Assembly (NCBI GenBank): GCA_050945855.1
Contig: JBMNTS010000002.1
Coordinates: 6,480 to 70,479 of the forward strand
Length of the DNA stretch: 64,000 nt
Source: Christensenellales bacterium
GTDB lineage: Bacteria; Bacillota; Clostridia; Christensenellales; DTU072
Direction of reading: 5' to 3'
In this document: piece after piece, positions 40,601 through 47,509 of the stretch
Numbering within the stretch: position 1 is the stretch's first letter
Layout: every line of letters begins with the position of its first letter
The notes under the pieces: generated by a model
What the model was told of the DNA's origin: nothing
Databases searched by the model: none
What the model saw: the letters and a program-made list of their open reading frames with translations, nothing else
Program-made: the position numbers and the translations under genes

Positions 40601-41843
40601 CCAAGTCGGTGTTTGCCAGCGCGCTTTGCCCTCCTTCTATCATTTCTTCGCTCAAAGGTTGCCCTTCCAGCATGCTGCCGTTGTCGTAATATACGGTATA
40701 AGTCCAATCGCTGATATCAATAACGCTGTCCTGATATATAATCCCCGAAGGTCTTATTATCTCAAGCTGGGTGGGCGTCTTTTCCAGCACCGTGATTTCG
40801 ATGTCTGTCGAAAGGTTGTTATAGAAAGTCAAAGTCAGATTCTGTCTGCCCGTAAGAGCGGAATTATAGCCCGTGATAACCACCTTGTTGCCGTCCAGAG
40901 CGATAACTTCTCTGTCGCCGTCCGAATAGCGCAATTCTATGCTTACGCCCTCAAGATTGAGGTCGGTGTTTACTTTTTGACCGGGCAGACTGTCTATGGT
41001 ATTGTTGTTTCTTATTAGCCTGTGACTGGTAATGGAATTTTCCACAACGTTTACGATAAAGGAAGTGGATTTGCCCTGATATGAAAGGGTAACCGTAGTT
41101 TTGCCCCCTACCGCGCCTGCCAGATTGTATGTTACATCCATATCCTCCAGGGCGGTCATATTGACTATTTCATGAGTGCCGTTGTCATAAATCAGCCTTA
41201 ATTTTCCGCCTTCCAGGCTAACCTCGTCGTCCGCGGTGTACAAGTCGTCGGAAACAGGCTGCTCTATCCGCATCTCCATAAGCGCCTTTGCCCTTACATT
41301 GACTTTGTATGAAGCGGTATGTCCCTCGTAAGTCACCCTTACAGTCTGTTCGCCCACCTCGGTTTTGTCGTAGCCCGATATCATATCCGGGGTGATTTCC
41401 TTGATGGCGGGGTCGCCGATGTCGTAGTTGACGTTGATGTAACCGCCGTCAAGAACCAGATCTTCTCCCTCTATGTAGTTCTTTTTAGCGGGTTCGGTAT
41501 TTATGGCAATGCTTATTACCGGAGAATCGTATATGTTAATCGCAAAACTTACTCTTTTCTCTTTGTATGTAATGACCACCGTTTGAGTGCTTATAAGATT
41601 CATATCGTAAGTGCTTAACATTGATTCGTCGATTGGGACGAATATTTCGTTGCCGTTGCTCAATTTGACTCTGAGTTGAGCGCCCTTAAGGTCTAACTCC
41701 TCTCCCCTGCGGTATTCCGTATCAGGAGAGCCCACAATGGTAAGCTCCTCTACAATCGGAATCCCCTCGCTGGAACACGCCGAAAGCGCAAACACGCTAA
41801 GCATCGCGGTTAGGATAATGGCAACAATCAGGCTTTTTTTCAT
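31605..41843 (-). CDS. giant (3412 aa) cell-surface lipoprotein with tandem Ig-like modules, MBG/YGX-like modules and a C-terminal region containing jelly-roll/LamG-like segments
   Basis: A single uninterrupted 10,239-nt ORF. Signal peptide and lipobox MKKSLIVAIILTAMLSVFALSA|C, with a GGAGGA SD upstream. Domain calls are from repeat motifs (see the repeat features). I saw no LPXTG, SLH or choline-binding anchor. Confidence 0.85.
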   Translation of the reverse strand: MKKSLIVAIILTAMLSVFALSACSSEGIPIVEELTIVGSPDTEYRRGEELDLKGAQLRVKLSNGNEIFVPIDESMLSTYDMNLISTQTVVITYKEKRVSFAINIYDSPVISIAINTEPAKKNYIEGEDLVLDGGYINVNYDIGDPAIKEITPDMISGYDKTEVGEQTVRVTYEGHTASYKVNVRAKALMEMRIEQPVSDDLYTADDEVSLEGGKLRLIYDNGTHEIVNMTALEDMDVTYNLAGAVGGKTTVTLSYQGKSTSFIVNVVENSITSHRLIRNNNTIDSLPGQKVNTDLNLEGVSIELRYSDGDREVIALDGNKVVITGYNSALTGRQNLTLTFYNNLSTDIEITVLEKTPTQLEIIRPSGIIYQDSVIDISDWTYTVYYDNGSMLEGQPLSEEMIEGGQSALANTDLAGELSLTVSLQDEYGFIDTVYTVQVTALTISSYQITPSATRVVYLNHDLNLTDIRLVIEYNSGRVEQATLQPANISGYDKNQLGTHQVTVNYVNKYGSIQTYFTAKVIRKAVSLSVVADPDKMTYIKGDTFDPAGMQINIEYEDANEPVLITDFGSEWQGIDTVFDYIDFDDVQGEYNPIPLQLTYTNSEMDTNSVSVNLYVNVRNDLVSVSLNQEFETVLEGLKIDTQGYYAILHYENGETEQMALNYETNIIGFDYTDFTPGLRTFTVRVSKRGKIATTSATIEVLEKSISGIEIKSISVYKTEYDANSENELDTSGILINILFNNNTFSETNWNDTNLEFSGFEAGVPGEQTITITYLGEYTCSYVITVAEPRITQLSWKDGTTPHLYITQGQEVVFPSELEILVTTQFGDEYYVFLVDILDEITIEDLDIGDASQQQPRIIYRENSLSFMLDVGPRTLVSIEFAPASFIPDVKEGMDLDLNNARIIAHYDNGTQKEVSIRQSYTDYNKNNLSTGPRNIIITYTHEGVSKTLGIVINVLPKLLAGIEIITMPKYYYIEGEPFTLLTADGNESRIRVNYDNNTFEHRLLSEAVIGSSTAAFNVDISAFDNREFTGTNQAQRIVINYTVGTVKRSTEYNISMNDRLYAHVAFSQSNVYSFYYGSATAPEYQLMGYAEYDKTAEPTTVLSGSQIQYVNVATGAIHNELPTDVGQYTVVVTYPGDAIHNELRDESKTIIIYPKAIFVYAEDAEKIYGAENPEISIRYLNPVDGREDTAFAYGQNGSIFGDTLNIQYQSGTGTILPAIGQKTPAGAYSIILSGLQSDNYAISYVYQGYNVGIFTIHRRDIVIEAHHQERVYGIANIVLTYDVYGTEEPESGRVEGDTLYGGLMRPANNDVGEYVITQGDLTNANNPNYNISFISNTVTITKKDIYVVADNLQRVYGDPNPTLTVKYYAEPAPIGGGIRNPNAFAYSDTPASLGNTLVMQTTANINSIIGTYPIYASGLSWSNYEIHYEMGYLTVLQRPIEVEVIFETPEDGSKIYGTPDPASFQYRVNPIAGNPSSGLKEGDTLSGQLGRASQGGGLQNDPVGEYDILLGSLYNSNYIIENFVSARFTITKRDAVIEIPAEKLTRVYNGQAPSITASDYVLINGYNINSANVSVVFPTGSRNVGNYYAAIQNNDTNHNIVFSNPEGYLFTITQKEVRIQFKERIGENTYQDLESDLTFKESAYYFAAIVHPDDVFEPDQIQVEINLYSALEVGTYNIAVLGLDNSNYKLPASAPSMTVTINKRELTLYLKQAPEGSNEIRVPYTGQEARVNKFLAEIKDADGNTLYNNGTYYGMEFDFNIFVVNPSGSTQPPKNVRFNAEDEIIGYDISAVLTETFFARNNVLTLAKVQVGGVMKDYTFIIEQAIADIFLQSTEGIITKTYDTYAPNINYMNAGIAAISINDLDFTFERIEEAGIDYTGWSQADVGEFNVSVAFKPQSENRNYVLRLLQDYKYRITKQSATLRLNNNYLSKAYDGTNAQILANNFNFTNYQGNFQTNLTNGRLSIEVVWQDETRKDAGAYPFTVICSDRNHTITQSLNTTFTINQRPVTFTNITGSKVYGDLDPAITYGVTPVSLVEGETLQGNITRESGENVGSYNFNIQQLVELNPNYSFSYMHTWHFRIDHKEINVFIKNQEGGNEIFETFGEYTFIRNYAKLVVDVSGIVSGESVADVGLLEELSQIYCPISRESNAGLYPITAPEIRFRADSNYKPAPNTSAIFEIKRAPIQMQFNANNRFEIMYGRGEEDLSFEFTGYKFGEGSLQYEPDYEVISGAALRGSNVGSVFTVMLYHENGGPNQNYYFDFPESYECALEIIRTPLSIKIVPQSGSTLTATYGEQPDYDFDFTGFVMDEGPGHPNYVEPAFEWLIGAGSYTGLAGVIASVNVGQGFYSNYTVTYIPTDYVVNKRRLYVGATETVQAFTRSAGTAFTSDWLSLTDNGTALTPVTSKKYVVVSQGDYERKVYTWNGSSYQQTALSPTYDTMHILSGVNFEKHELVQQGENLVLTGNFSFDVNPQLTPAEQAVYGTLPYGLTGGDTLESLFIDVYSDSFSLTWKDNEKSVRSTELFTTRYVYPTIINYTLDNYEFYGIQREVVVHTYLTGFEVVEDELLIDDGEEGALIWLRCYRQDGVQMLLNANDLGFTHSAYLQSGEYRNQVLANITYSEPFIFSGDFTVIGAPAAIPDISLTDQMIRVYSRLEQGYYSYSLKNQNDATYTMGAEIQSGNEYRLTDAMNQPISENYDKIFFSARFSKLVAGNLFRLILNSQGAYTLAIEITQEGLRVVETGQANINISGTDFLTDGFVHDLMFVLNKRDGGLTISIDDTFTYNIDIPAQRFTDYSIAGFDVTNMSAWVKDYRILRQGYKSKLGLSVANANNTLTYVTDAQGVANINLNTLFSFAQVKNVAAGTAYSVLYKINDVALPEVLLPISHITGLPVQAVQHIFTPGYYDITCTIFNNFTDYDVLAEYTARITVVSAQAYFEAKLATATTIPDMRNINKAFGHAYNGDELIATTDTGSTTITLASGITAQYNRLSMVFELDRASYNEMYRTFDPRGGLYGVSNTESFAIISLKTNSNTLNAYTATTNDPSFIGLALAIGYDSASGNPSTRVYLQANGASAFKFVSAIRTDIDWLSGKVRIDATFDEDNDVILLMIYTDYLTSAQALTVIRLDTYTTMYNVSSSSNSLIPRTVINEICTLSPVNTYPQISNVAFELYESRVTLYRLIAGDKKVDSARHEYVEIKDGGYEYVPRDKQISATGASKVISLNDGFNGVYLRSYNTYRVDIQNLTMQANGEVEFIIASNDVSNLLPPGATDRNRTIKLIYSNGQLRFTFNQYGYLSYEQPIDIGGVNLADGARHTIIVHITGEALDFDHPVITGNNPVTANTVNIIVDGRPGVTGYFPYANDSRNWVFQGTVPTMISNQMFLGNYTWAGVKLTNSSIFKLNLLVGEGEI
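34740..38381 (-). repeat. about 13 tandem 80-120-aa MBG (YGX-type)-like modules, aa ~1155-2368 of the giant protein
   Basis: Recurring KIYGAENPEI / RVYGDPNPTLTV / KIYGTPDPASF / KVYGDLDPAITY, followed by GDTLxGxLxR, VGxYxI, NYxI and a closing FTITK(K/R)-type strand (FTIHRRDI, VTITKKDI, FTITKRDA, FTITQKEV, VTINKREL, FTINQRPV, FEIKRAPI and others). Confidence 0.5.
38673..41756 (-). repeat. about 12 tandem 80-100-aa Ig-like modules (Big_3-like), aa ~30-1057 of the giant protein
   Basis: The recurring pattern is x(Y)xxGExLDLxGxxLxVxYxDGxxxxV...GYDxxxxGxQTVTVTYxGxxxSFxVxV. Module ends are recognisable at VSFAINIYD, ASYKVNVRA, TSFIVNVVE, DIEITVLE, VYTVQVTA, YFTAKVIR, LYVNVRN, ATIEVLE, SYVITVAE, FMLDVGP, IVINVLP and EYNISMND. 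Confidence 0.55.
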
Positions 41844-42004
41844 ATAAGTCCTCCGTGAAAATCACAGTGCATAGTTTTAACACAAAGTATAAGCAATTAT
41901 ACTTTATATATAGATAAAATTATAACATCTAAAAGGGTAAAAATCAATGGCAAAAAAAATAAATTTTACTTTTATTTATTTTAAGGATTTTCTTAAATAA
42001 ACCC

Positions 42005-42535
42005 CTATTTCAAAAACCTGCCCACCCTGGCCGCAAAAACCAGCAGATAAGCGACCAATGCCCCCGCCAAACCTTGCAGCAAATTGGAAGGAATGCTGGC
42101 AAGAGCGCCCCCGAAAGTGCCTATCACAACCACCGAAGCAAAGTAGTAGCCGACGACCATAAACAGCGCGCCCGCTATAAGCGACAGAGCGCCCTGAATC
42201 TTTTCCTTGGAAGAAGTATTGAGGGGATTTACGCCGCGCTTAAATAACACAGCGTAAACCAAATACGCGATAAGCCCTTCAAGAGCCTTGATAACCAAAG
42301 TAAAAGGCGCCCATACAGCGTAACCCAATACCAAATCTGCGACGGCGGAGCCGATGCCTCCGCAAATTGCGGCGGGGACGCCGCCCAAAGTCAGCGCCGC
42401 GGTAAGGATTATGGCGTCTCCGAAATTGATAAAACCTTGGGTGCCCGGTATAGGAATGGAGGTAACCATTGTAGCTACTGCTACCAAAGCGGTAAATAAT
42501 GCCACATATGCTATATATTTTGTCTTATTGCTCAT
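42005..42535 (-). CDS. ECF-transporter S (substrate-capture) component, substrate unknown
   Basis: 176 aa with 5-6 TM helices. YIAYVALFTALVAVATMVTSIPIPGTQGFINFGDAIILTAALTLGGVPAAICGGIGSAVADLVLGY is the typical S-component pattern. The start overlaps the upstream stop by 4 nt. Confidence 0.65.
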   Translation of the reverse strand: MSNKTKYIAYVALFTALVAVATMVTSIPIPGTQGFINFGDAIILTAALTLGGVPAAICGGIGSAVADLVLGYAVWAPFTLVIKALEGLIAYLVYAVLFKRGVNPLNTSSKEKIQGALSLIAGALFMVVGYYFASVVVIGTFGGALASIPSNLLQGLAGALVAYLLVFAARVGRFLK

Positions 42536-43935
42536 CTTACCTGTCCTTTAAGCAGCGTCAGCTTTTTTGCCAGATTTTCTTCCAGTCTGCCCAGATAGTA
42601 ATTGATATCTTTAGGGCTGTTATGCCTTGTGATAATATCATTGTTTACGCTTTTGGTCATTGCGCCCGCGCCCAGTCCTATTACGCTGTGAGTCTCTTCC
42701 ATTATATCGATGTTGTAGAGGCAGGGCGCGCCCGCGCGCATATATCCGGTGTTTTCCAAACCGTCAATCATATTTTTCTGCCTATAAATATAATATGGCA
42801 ACCAATCCGCAATGTCAAACATATCAAGTACGCTGTCCGCATGTTTTTTCAAGGGAAGGAAGTCGGATTTTGAGGCATTTCGAACAAGGCGTCCTCCGCG
42901 CTTTAAGGAGAGCGTATGGACGGTGATATTCTCCGGCGCAAGTTTAAAAATCCCTGTCACGGTAGCCACGATGTCCCCGCCGTCCTCATCGGGCAGCCCT
43001 AAAATAATATCCGTATTTTTTATAAAATTATAAGCGGAGGCCGACTCCCACGCGCGGTAAAAATCCGCAACCGTATGCGACCGCCCTATTCTTTGCAGCG
43101 TTTTATCGTTAAGGCTTTGCGGATTGATGCTGATACGGGTTACTCCGCATTGCGCAAGAACGGATAGTATTTCGCCGTTAATGGTATCCGGTCTGCCTGC
43201 TTCCACATTATATTCCGCAGAAAATCCGGAGAACACGCCCAAAAGTCTCCCCAGCAAGGAAGGGGGCAGCGAAGTGGGAGTGCCGCCGCCCACGTAGATA
43301 CTTCTTATTCGCTTCCCTGCATCTTTTATATACTTTAACGCTTCCTCCGCCTCAAAAATCACGGCGTTGACATAATCCTCCAACCTGTTTGCCACCTTGC
43401 CCGCTTCTATGCTTATAAAAGAGCAATAACTGCAGCGGGAAGGGCAAAAGGGGATATTGATATACAAATCTATTTCCTGAGGATTGTAAGATATATATTT
43501 TTCCTGATTGCGCACCGTTTTCGCAAGCAGCCGCGCTCTTTTTTCCTCGATAAAGTAATTGTCTTGCAGATAGGCTACGACGTCCTCCCCTTTGGGAACG
43601 CCTCTTACAAGCGCGGTGGGGCGCACGCCCGTACTGGAGCCGTAAGGGAGAGCAACACCCAAAAAACCGCTGAGATATTTATAAATAGCGTTTTTTGCGT
43701 TGCGCTTATAAATCCTTTTGCAGGATAAATCGTCCGCGGCGTCAATCGAAAAAATCTCGGAATATTCCTTAGCAAAGGAAGAGGAGATTTTAATTTGATT
43801 ATCAGCGCATTCGATATTAAGAAAATCCCCGGCATCGGGGTCAATCACCAGATAAGGATTAAAAGCGCGTACCACTTCCTCGCAATCGGCCGCCCAGGAG
43901 GGCAAAACCGTGGCAAGGCATATATTAAAACTCAT
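42532..43935 (-). CDS. HemN-family radical SAM protein with an N-terminal extension (HemZ-like coproporphyrinogen dehydrogenase family)
   Basis: 467 aa. INIPFCPSRCSYCSF (CxxxCxxC) and SIYVGGGTPT motifs, preceded by an N-terminal region of about 150 aa as in HemZ. Confidence 0.7.
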   Translation of the reverse strand: MSFNICLATVLPSWAADCEEVVRAFNPYLVIDPDAGDFLNIECADNQIKISSSFAKEYSEIFSIDAADDLSCKRIYKRNAKNAIYKYLSGFLGVALPYGSSTGVRPTALVRGVPKGEDVVAYLQDNYFIEEKRARLLAKTVRNQEKYISYNPQEIDLYINIPFCPSRCSYCSFISIEAGKVANRLEDYVNAVIFEAEEALKYIKDAGKRIRSIYVGGGTPTSLPPSLLGRLLGVFSGFSAEYNVEAGRPDTINGEILSVLAQCGVTRISINPQSLNDKTLQRIGRSHTVADFYRAWESASAYNFIKNTDIILGLPDEDGGDIVATVTGIFKLAPENITVHTLSLKRGGRLVRNASKSDFLPLKKHADSVLDMFDIADWLPYYIYRQKNMIDGLENTGYMRAGAPCLYNIDIMEETHSVIGLGAGAMTKSVNNDIITRHNSPKDINYYLGRLEENLAKKLTLLKGQVR

Positions 43936-44554
43936 TATTTATCAAGTTGTGCCTGCGCTCGGCGTCCAGCGTGGAGGAGTCCTCGTGCCCCGGATGAATA
44001 ATATAATCGCCGGGCAAGGCAAAAAGCCTTTTTATGCTGCGGATAAGGTCGGCGTGGCAGCTGTCGTAAAAATCCGTTCTGCCGTAATCGCCGTAAAACA
44101 GCGTGTCGCCGGTAAAAATATATCCTTCGCATATAAAACAGCAACTGTCCGCGCTGTGTCCCGGCGTTTCCATAACCTGCGCCCGGAAGCCTTCAAATTC
44201 AAGTATGTCACCCTCTTTAATCAGCGTATCCGTTTCCGAAGGCGCAATACCGCCCAACCATAATCTGCGGGAGAGGTTTAAGTTTTTGTCTTTCAGCTTG
44301 GGCGCGCAAAGGGGGTGGGCGTAAACCTTTGCCCCGTCCGCGCGGAATTTCGCGGTGTCGATAATGTGGTCAAAATGCCCGTGAGTCAACAACACCGCCC
44401 TACATTGCTTGCCTAGCTCTTTAAGGCGGGAGGTTATCTGCTCATAGCCCGCGCTAGGGTCTATGACTACCGCGTTTTCGCCGTCCGCATGCAGGATATA
44501 CGAGTTGACCGTCATATATCTGATATTGACGACTATTTTTTCCACTTTCAGCAT
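43925..44554 (-). CDS. MBL-fold metallo-hydrolase (glyoxalase II-like)
   Basis: 209 aa. VVIDPSAG and LLTHGHFDHI (HxHxDH), followed by PGHSADS and a C-terminal HPGH. Confidence 0.8.
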   Translation of the reverse strand: MLKVEKIVVNIRYMTVNSYILHADGENAVVIDPSAGYEQITSRLKELGKQCRAVLLTHGHFDHIIDTAKFRADGAKVYAHPLCAPKLKDKNLNLSRRLWLGGIAPSETDTLIKEGDILEFEGFRAQVMETPGHSADSCCFICEGYIFTGDTLFYGDYGRTDFYDSCHADLIRSIKRLFALPGDYIIHPGHEDSSTLDAERRHNLINNEF

Positions 44555-45747
44555 ATCATACCGCTTAACTCATTATTAATAGCCTGCAGAAATTCGTTAT
44601 AATAAACCACTTTGGGCTCAACGCCTTCTTTTTTGAACAGTCCTGCCAAGTCTTTGGTCATAATCCCTTTTTCTATTACCCTGAGACTTGCGTACTCCAG
44701 CTTATCCGCAAACTCCGCCAGCGGCGTATTGCCGTCCAACTGCGCCCGCTTTCTCAGCGCGCCCGTCCACGCAAAAATTGTAGCCATGGGATTGGTGCTT
44801 ACGGGTACGCCTTTAAGGTGCTGATAATAATGTCTGGTAACCGTGCCGTGCGCCGCCTCGTACTCGTAATATCCTTGCGGACTTACCAGTACCGAAGTCA
44901 TCATGGCAAGAGAGCCGTATACGGTGGCGACCATATCGCTCATCACGTCGCCGTCGTAATTTTTGCATGCCCAAATCATACCGCCCTCGCTGCGCACTAT
45001 CCTCGCCACGGCGTCGTCAATAAGCGTGTAAAAATATTCTATGCCCGCTTCCGCGAAACGCCCCGTGTATTCCGCTTCAAAAATTTCCGCGAAGATATCT
45101 TTAAAGCGGTGGTCGTAAATCTTGCTTATCGTATCCTTGGTGGCAAACCATAAATCCATTTTTACATCCAGTGCGTAATTAAAGCAGCTTCTGGCAAAGG
45201 CGGATATGCTTTTGTCCGTGTTATGCACCGCCTGCACGATGCCCGCGCCTTCAAAGTCCTTTATCAGTTTGTCCTCCGCGGGTAGTTTCAGGTACGCGCC
45301 GCCTCCGTCCACCCTTGCTTCCACGCCCGAATAAACGTCGCCGTAAGCGTGACGGGCAATAATAATAGGCTTTTTCCAGCCTTCTATCAAGGGAGAGATG
45401 CCGTCCACCAATATGGGAGCGCGGAAAACGGTGCCGTCCAAAGCCGCCCTTATTGTGCCGTTGGGCGATTTCCACATTTTGGAAAGGTTGTACTCCTTAA
45501 CCCTTTGCGCGTTGGGAGTAATGGTGGCGCATTTTACTCCCACGCCGTATTTTTTTATAGCCTGCGCGGCCTCAGGCGTGACTTGGTCTGCGGTCTTTTC
45601 CCTGTTCTCCAGTCCCAAATCATAATATTCCGTGTTTAATTCTATATACGGGCTAAGTAAAATTTCCTTGATTTCCTTCCAGAGCACTCTGGTCATTTCG
45701 TCGCCGTCCAATTCAACGAGCGGCGTTTTCATTGTAATTCTGCTCAC
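44548..45747 (-). CDS. icd: NADP-dependent isocitrate dehydrogenase (about 400-aa type II / eukaryote-like subfamily)
   Basis: 399 aa with a GTG start 5 nt after an AGGAGG SD. PLVELDGDEMTRVLWKEIKE, KCATITP and the NYDGDVMSDMVA motif. Confidence 0.9.
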   Translation of the reverse strand: MSRITMKTPLVELDGDEMTRVLWKEIKEILLSPYIELNTEYYDLGLENREKTADQVTPEAAQAIKKYGVGVKCATITPNAQRVKEYNLSKMWKSPNGTIRAALDGTVFRAPILVDGISPLIEGWKKPIIIARHAYGDVYSGVEARVDGGGAYLKLPAEDKLIKDFEGAGIVQAVHNTDKSISAFARSCFNYALDVKMDLWFATKDTISKIYDHRFKDIFAEIFEAEYTGRFAEAGIEYFYTLIDDAVARIVRSEGGMIWACKNYDGDVMSDMVATVYGSLAMMTSVLVSPQGYYEYEAAHGTVTRHYYQHLKGVPVSTNPMATIFAWTGALRKRAQLDGNTPLAEFADKLEYASLRVIEKGIMTKDLAGLFKKEGVEPKVVYYNEFLQAINNELSGMIC

Positions 45748-45769
45748 TGCTGCCTCCTGTATTTTCTAA

Positions 45770-45799
45770 ATATTACCATAAATTACCCTCATAAATCAA
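45770..45799 (-). promoter_or_regulatory. sigma-A-type promoter for the icd operon
   Basis: Minus-strand TTGATT (45799-45794), 18 nt ending in TGG, TAATAT (45775-45770), about 20 nt before the SD and GTG. Confidence 0.4.
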
Positions 45800-45879
45800 G
45801 CGAAAGCCTTTAAAGAATAACAATGCGGATATTTAGCCGTTAACTTTGGGGAAAGAATAATTTATTTAAAAATTGCTTA

Positions 45880-45908
45880 TTGAAAAAACGATTGTTTTAT
45901 GATATTAT
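45880..45908 (+). promoter_or_regulatory. sigma-A-type promoter for the GPH transporter gene
   Basis: TTGAAA (45880-45885), 17 nt, TATTAT (45903-45908). A GGAGAGG SD then precedes ATG 45940. Confidence 0.45.
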
Positions 45909-45939
45909 AATATCATTAAAAGCAGGAGAGGGCAAGGTT

Positions 45940-47412
45940 ATGAACAATTTTAAAGCAAAGATTTCTTACGCTCTGGGTGATATTTACGGCGGAGCGGCAT
46001 TTCTGGTTTTCAGTTTGCTTTATATGAACTTTTTGGTGCTGGTAGAGGGTTTGCCGGTAGTGGCTGCTTCCACGGTAATTTTTATCGGCAAACTGTGGGA
46101 CGCTGTTACAGACCCCATGATGGGCAATATTTCGGATAAAACGCGCACAAGGTTCGGGCGGCGCAGATTTTATTTTCTGTTTGGCATAATTCCCGTTTTT
46201 CTGTCCTTTGTTATGCTGTTTTATTCCTTCGGTATTGCCGACGTCAACGCGAAAATAGCTTATCATACTTTCGCGTATATGTTTTTCGGCACCGCTTTTA
46301 CCATAGTTATGGTGCCTTACAACGCCATTCTTTCGGAAATGACTTCGGACTACAACGAAAGGACCGCCTTTACCACGATAAGAATGCTTATGTCCGGCGC
46401 CGCGTCGCTGGTTGCCGCTATTGTGCCCAGCATGATTATCAAGAGCATAGGCGGCGAAATCAACGGTCCCGACCAAAAAACCGGGTATCTGGTAATGGCG
46501 ATAGCCATGGCCGTTATTTTCGGTCTGTGCTGGCTGTTTACTTTCCTTGGCACTTGGGAAAGGTCGGATCTGATGGCTCCCGCGGGTATGACCTTAAAGA
46601 AATGGCTGTCCGTTTTCAAAAACAAGTCCTACCGGATTTTTATAGTTATTTTTATCAGCTTTCAGGTGGCGGTGGATCTGATGCTCGCTCTGTTTATCTT
46701 TTACGTTGACATCGTGGTGCTCAAATATCAAAGCTATGAGACCATTATCGGAGTGCTGCTTGTTTGCTCCCTGATCTTTATGGTTTTGCAAGGGGCAATA
46801 GCAAAAAAATGGGGTAAGGCGTCTCCGCTGTTTTTCGGCATGCCTATCTGGATAATTTCTTCCGTTGCCTTTATTTTTGTGGATACCACCACGCCGGTTA
46901 TGGTGCTGTGCGGACTGGCGGCCCTCATTGCCATCGGCTCTTCCGCGGGCAATCTGTCCACCTGGTCCATGCTGACGGATATCTACGACGTGGACGAGAT
47001 AATGACGGGTGAGCGCAGAGAGGGCATATACAGCGGCTTTACCACCTTTTCGCGCAAATTCGCCAGCGGCTTTGCGGTATTGATACTGGGCGTAGGACTA
47101 AAAGCGATGGGGTTTGACCAAAACGAGTACAATCTCTTAAAGAGCAATATGGATAGTTTCGACCCCGCCACATACGCTCAATCCTCTATCGTAAACGGCA
47201 TTAAATGGATGTTTGTCATTATACCCATAGTTTTATTGACTATTACCTTGCTGTTTGCGACAAAATACAAACTCAACAACAAGCGGTTCAATTCGGTGTT
47301 AAAAGGCATTTCCGCTTATAAAGAGGAGGGCAACCTTGCGGGACTTAACAATGAGGAACTGTTGGATATACAGACCGTTACGGGCAAGTTTATAAAAGAT
47401 TTGCGCAAATAG
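45940..47412 (+). CDS. MFS transporter, glycoside-pentoside-hexuronide (GPH):cation symporter family
   Basis: Start moved to ATG 45940 (MNNFKAKISYALGDIYGG...). The DAVTDPMMGNISDKTRTRFGRRR loop motif is typical of MelB/GPH carriers. 12 TM helices. Confidence 0.8.
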   Translation: MNNFKAKISYALGDIYGGAAFLVFSLLYMNFLVLVEGLPVVAASTVIFIGKLWDAVTDPMMGNISDKTRTRFGRRRFYFLFGIIPVFLSFVMLFYSFGIADVNAKIAYHTFAYMFFGTAFTIVMVPYNAILSEMTSDYNERTAFTTIRMLMSGAASLVAAIVPSMIIKSIGGEINGPDQKTGYLVMAIAMAVIFGLCWLFTFLGTWERSDLMAPAGMTLKKWLSVFKNKSYRIFIVIFISFQVAVDLMLALFIFYVDIVVLKYQSYETIIGVLLVCSLIFMVLQGAIAKKWGKASPLFFGMPIWIISSVAFIFVDTTTPVMVLCGLAALIAIGSSAGNLSTWSMLTDIYDVDEIMTGERREGIYSGFTTFSRKFASGFAVLILGVGLKAMGFDQNEYNLLKSNMDSFDPATYAQSSIVNGIKWMFVIIPIVLLTITLLFATKYKLNNKRFNSVLKGISAYKEEGNLAGLNNEELLDIQTVTGKFIKDLRK

Positions 47413-47440
47413 CTTTTTTGATTTTATATTCTTGGAACAA

Positions 47441-47475
47441 AACGCCTTGGGGCAAACGCTTTAAGGCGTTTTTAA
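47441..47475 (+). terminator. intrinsic terminator after the GPH transporter gene
   Basis: AACGCCTT, 14-nt loop, AAGGCGTT, followed by TTTAAT. Confidence 0.55.
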
Positions 47476-47509
47476 TGTATAAAAAACCTTTTATCGGCAT
47501 ACTAACATT

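Noticed and set aside
41952-41959. An A8/T8 homopolymer upstream of the giant gene, and an A7 run right after its ATG (41834-41840), considered as phase-variation switches.
   Set aside because: The T8 tract lies upstream of any plausible -35 element rather than in a promoter spacer. The A7 run simply encodes the Lys-Lys of a standard signal peptide. Both tracts are short.
45880-45939. The TTG-initiated 20-codon extension of the GPH transporter ORF.
   Set aside because: The extension coincides with the predicted -35/-10 promoter. ATG 45940 has a GGAGAGG SD, and the family N-terminus starts there.
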